Shown: positions 59,358-64,000 of the stretch, piece after piece | Layout of the letters: every line of letters starts with the position of its first letter | Position numbering within the stretch: position 1 is the first letter of the stretch | Assembly (NCBI GenBank): GCA_047495785.1 | Contig: JBLDXI010000030.1 | Coordinates: 434,001 to 498,000 of the forward strand | Reading direction: 5' to 3' | Source of the DNA: Lepidodermella squamata | Taxonomy: Eukaryota; Animalia; Gastrotricha | DNA length: 64,000 nucleotides | Made by a program: the position numbers and the translations under genes | The notes under the pieces: generated by a model | Seen by the model: the letters and a program-made list of their open reading frames with translations, nothing else | Told to the model about the DNA's origin: nothing | Database searches by the model: none

Positions 59358-61795
59358 ATGCTGAGCATTAAATTTTTAATTTTCTTAGCAAATTTAGCTT
59401 TCGTTGAAGCAATTCGGGATTATTCGCTGTACGAAGATGAAACAACTGAGCCGACAACGAGAACTTCCACTACTACTACTACCACTTCTACAACCAAACC
59501 TCCCCAACGCCTCCAATCTGTAAGCTCGAGAATCGTTGGTGGACAAATTTCGAAGCATCACGACTACCCTTGGATGGTTCGCCTCGAAATTTTCACGCAA
59601 CACTCAACGGAAGCTGGCTACTGCGGGGCGTCTCTTATCAGCGATCAATGGCTGCTAACCGCCGCTCACTGCCTCACAGAGTACGGAAACGCGATGACTG
59701 TGATTGCACACCTGGGCGAGTACAACATTTCAGTATCGAACGAGCCAGGCGAAACGCGTAGAACAATCATTGAAACAGTGCTTCATCCCAACTACACGCG
59801 GCAGTATTACAAATACGACTTTGCCTTACTAAAAATGAACGGAGCAGTCTATGCCCCGCAATCTGTTAAGCCAATCAACCTGCCAAGCACTGAATGCACA
59901 AAGAATTATGATAATGAAACGAGCCTCATCGATGGCTGTGATAGATATAAGACAATAGCAACTGGATGGGGTTTAACTGAAACTGGAAAATCTTCAGGTG
60001 TCCTGAGAGAGGTTGAGTTGAATCTCAAACCCTTTTCCTATTGCCTGAGATCCATAGGTGATTCTCACCACTCCGATGCTAAAATCTGCGCAGGAGGTGA
60101 TGCTGAGAAGCACGACACGTGTAAAGGCGACTCAGGAGGCCCCTTGGTGTGCCAAACCGGCTCGGTTCAAGACGGGAATAGCAAGATTTACCAAATTGGA
60201 GTTACTTCCTACGGCGATGAATTGTGTAGCACGAGGGGAAGGAGCACACCAGGAATCTATAGCAGGGTTTGCGCTGTTTTACCTTGGATCAAGCGATACG
60301 TCGCTCTGCCCACAGAATACGGCCTACCTCCAGCAAAAGTTTGATTTTACTTTTCAAATCTACATCTTCTTTCCCCTTAATTTTATAGGCCTGTGTCGTG
60401 CCAACTCTTGAAAACGGCTACTTTGTCGTATTGGACGATTCTGGGCGTGATACTGAAAACTTCGCACCATCAGGGAGTCTGATCGAATCAGCTCAAATCA
60501 TCGCAACCCGATGCGACCCGGGTTCGAAATTCGTGGGAGCCGCATTGACTGTCAACACTTGTGTGAATGGTGTTTGGCTGCCAGCAATCCGAGGTACCTG
60601 CGAGAAGACACATTGCGCCGTGCCTGAGTTACTCAATGGCTATTTCACGGTCACTGACCCCAGTCCGTGGAATCCACCTAAAAACACGTCTTTCCAGAGC
60701 CTAGTACCTGTTGGCCAGGAAATCACGATTCACTGTAAATCTCGTCATAACTACTCAATGCCGTATACCTCAAGCAAATGTGTAGCTGGGTATTGGCAGC
60801 CTGAGATCCAAGGAGTTTGCAGACCTGTTTCTTGCGGTGAAACTACAATGATCACAAATGGGAGATTTCTCAACGGAAATTCTTCTATTGGGTCTATTCG
60901 AAAGATGGAATGTGGTAATGGCTATGAAAACAAGGGACCTACTGAGATAACTTGCCAAGCTAACGGGGAATGGTCTTTGTCAGGCTCCTGCGAATTTATC
61001 TGCGGAATTAGTGGCTCAGATACTAAGACTGAGGTGGATCGCCCATCCTACGCAAAACAGAGCGAGTTCCCTTGGATTGTCTACCTCGAAAGCATTTTCT
61101 ATCGCGATCATCACAATGCAACAATTTTCACAGTAGATTGTGTCGCTAGTCTTGTTTCATCCGACTGGCTTCTTACATCATCATTCTGCGTAAAACAAAT
61201 GGGTAGATTGCCAATTGGAATTCAGGCCTATTTCGGGAAGCTGGACCTTTCAGCTGTCGATGAACATTGGTCGGAGCAAGTTCCGATTTCTCTACCTCCG
61301 ATTTTCCATCCTTCTCACAACATTTCTGACGGAAATGGGGAATATTTCGCGCTACTCAAATTGTCAAAGCCAGTGAACGTCTCAAGGAGAATCGCTCCGA
61401 TTTGCCTATCAGAGGACCGACATTGCCACGATACGTTAGATAGCCGGATTAGGCTTCTTACTGCAGGATGGGGGATATCGAGTTCGTTAGACAATCGGCA
61501 TCTATTGAAGAAGATGCCTGTAGATTTGATTTCGAGGAGCACGTGCCAAACTATTGATGGGTGTGGCTATTGCGACCGCGCAAGGCGAGGTTACAGCTGT
61601 GCGCAAGGAAAGGGCGGGCAGTTGTGCCACGGAGACTGGGGAGCACCGTTAATGGCAAAATTCAGCGATAAGTATTCGCTGCTGGGCGTGAACTCTGTCG
61701 AGAATTACGACTGCGCAGAGAAATTACCGCTTACATTTTCAAGAACCTGCATTGTGCTCGATTGGATAAGGAAAATAATCTTCGACCAGAAATAA
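59358..61795 (+). CDS. Secreted S1 protease: active trypsin domain + 3 CCP/Sushi + inactive protease domain
   Basis: R|IVGG, TAAHC, DFALL, DTCKGDSGGP. A 50-nt phase-0 GT-AG intron (60339-60388) joins in frame to three C..NG..C..G..C..G.W..C modules and a second domain with TSSFC and GDWGAP. Confidence 0.85.
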
Positions 61796-61939
61796 ATGAC
61801 GGGCTGTGGGAAAACACGTGGCTTGTTTCAGAACCACCTTATCTCGGAAATGGAAATTCTGAAATAACTGGGTTAACGTCATTGCCAATTGCTCATAAAG
61901 CTGAAACATTTGGATAATTTAGACTGACATTTGTTGAAA

Positions 61940-62280
61940 ATGAAGGCGGTTGCACTTATTTTGATTTTCGCTATTACTGCTGTTCAGTGTATGCCTGAAC
62001 AAGGATGCTTTGTCGCAAAATGCGAATCGCATGGAGATTGCTGCAGTGGATTGTAAATGATAATCAATCTATAACACTTGCCTTGGTGTTAAATTTTGAT
62101 AATTTTACAGCCGATGTGATTCCGGCAATTGTGTTCATTCGAGCGTCGGCTGCTCCACTGACAATTGCGATGGCGACGTATGCTGTACAGGGTAGGAAGG
62201 GTTTTGCCATAGAGAACACGCTAATAGTTCACGGTTCTCTTTCTAGTGCTTGTCATTTCGGAGTCTGTGCGGGCAGATAG
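61940..62280 (+). CDS. Secreted double inhibitor-cystine-knot peptide, 3 exons
   Basis: Spliced with two phase-2 introns: MKAVALILIFAITAVQCMPEQGCFVAKCESHGDCCSGFRCDSGNCVHSSVGCSTDNCDGDVCCTGACHFGVCAGR*. Two C-C-CC-C-C frameworks. Confidence 0.8.
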
Positions 62281-64000
62281 GATCCTTCACGCACTCACTC
62301 ACGCATGTTAGCTGAATTACACAGCATTAACTGTATTGCTTGCTTAAAATTAAATATGGCTGCAGTTGGTTTATCTATTTCAAATGACTTGGTTCCTGTT
62401 AATGCAAATGCGGAATTATATGCAAATTATATGCAAATATAAAGCCATTAAGAAAGAACGTCGTACTGTATCCGCCTCATCACACTCACTCTGGTACTAC
62501 GCCAAAACCGCTGAAAATTGTTCTCGTTGCGCAACAATCCAAAGGTTTATCTGTCAAGTGTTATGGTGCCTTTTATTTTAGTGTCATTTGTTCCGTATCC
62601 GATTGCTCCAGGGGGCAAAATATAACAACGGCTGCGTTCTTCCCCGTTTGCGACGCATCAAATTGTTGAGCGGTCAATGCGCTCTTAAACAGGGAAAAGA
62701 GGCACGACATTCATCCAAATCTTGTTGAGTTTTATCACCGTGCCGTGAGTGCCATTATTTTTACTGAAATATAATCTAAAAAATAATAATATAAAAGAGA
62801 GGTAACAATCTGACAAATTGAAAAGATCAATTCGTCGGTGCATTTGCAATGACTTTTGGCGACAACTCGAGATGCTTAGAATATTATCACCAAATTTCGA
62901 GTTCTCGTCGACAAAGATCAAAGCGTTTACTCATCTGAAATTTCGGGTATTTTTAGAAATTATCTCAAATTTGAAGTAAATTCGAGGTGCCTTGACTGGC
63001 TACAGTATTAAGCTTTCAGTTAAGCTTTTACCAGGTTCCAATAATTCGGACAAGTCATAGCAACCTTTGTCAGAATCAGATGAGCAGCGAGCATCGTACT
63101 ATTTTTCTACTTATAACTTATAACTCTTCACAAAAAAACAGTGAAAAACAGGGGATACCGTACGTCCCAGCAGTAGGAATCGGCCGAAGCTGGGCCAGCC
63201 ACCTCAAAATAAAATTTTCATCTTTTATCATATTCTCCGCGGCAAATCTTCGGCTTTTCGCATAGCCCATGCGAAATGCAAAAATCATCACCAACGAGTC
63301 AAAATCACCGCCTAGGCATATCCAGCTCAAATTAAATTGAGTTTCACCGAACATCAGAATTTTCCGCTCTAAAAAATTTGAGAATAGCCTGAAAAGGGGT
63401 TGTTTTCAGAACACCACCTAGAAATGAAATTTACTCCGGATAAGACGCCCTGCGCACTGTTTTTTCATTGCTAAAGGGTTACCCGTCAATCATGCGACGA
63501 CGCCTGTGTAAATTTTGAATTTTCCGCCAAAGTAAAAAAGCATGCGGCAAATAATTATTAAATAAAAAAATAAAACATATCAATTTATTATTCCTAGTTA
63601 ACATACATTCTGAAAATGAAGAAAATAACATAAACTTTTTTTTTATTCAAAGTGACCTTGACCGCAAGGTGCGTGGCGTGCACGGAACAGCCAAAACGAG
63701 TTTTTTCATGCTCTGGAACCTTCTTCCGGCGCTTTTAAACCGCTGCAGCTCCGCAGATCAGTATCATTCATGCGAATTACAACTTAACTCAATCGTTTCA
63801 GATAATGAATTTCGCGATTCTGTATTTTTTATAATTTTATAATTTATAATTTATTAATTTATTTTAAATAATATTTTTGAATAAATTCATTTTTATTTAT
63901 TTTTATTTATCTGTTTATTTTTAGATAAATTAAAATGAATAATCTGGAAGACCTGGCCAATCAACTTGGAGCTAGTCATGCGAAATCTACTCTAAAAATT

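Noticed and set aside
62300-64000. Possible gene or transposon remnants in the last 1.7 kb
   Set aside because: No convincing motif, TIR/TSD pair or spliced frame could be built by eye.

Overview
This is eukaryotic DNA from an invertebrate animal with a compact genome: most genes are split by short (~45-60 nt) GT-AG introns, so the ORF track fragments or misses them. The window is a fast-evolving cluster of secreted and cell-surface gene families. These include three unannotated two-domain knottin-like peptide genes, four divergent Cys-loop ion-channel genes (one pseudogene), five C-type lectin genes sharing an unrecognised 4-Cys module, and four genes plus a fragment of a GRGVG/LCY/GVGPVCW Cys-rich repeat family. 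There are also two GABA-B-like class C GPCRs, a protease-CCP-pseudoprotease gene, a secreted-type ankyrin protein, a PAN/apple gene and two glycosyltransferases. The dominant structure is an ~11 kb nested transposon insertion (37331-48319) just upstream of a lectin ATG. A Helentron/HINE-like shell contains an EnSpm/CACTA-type element (DDE transposase plus a BEN-like second gene), whose transposase is split by a Tc1/mariner-type element, and separately a truncated Crypton tyrosine-recombinase element. Several MITEs with visible TIRs or TSDs lie in introns. All gene models were spliced by eye and no database searches were run.
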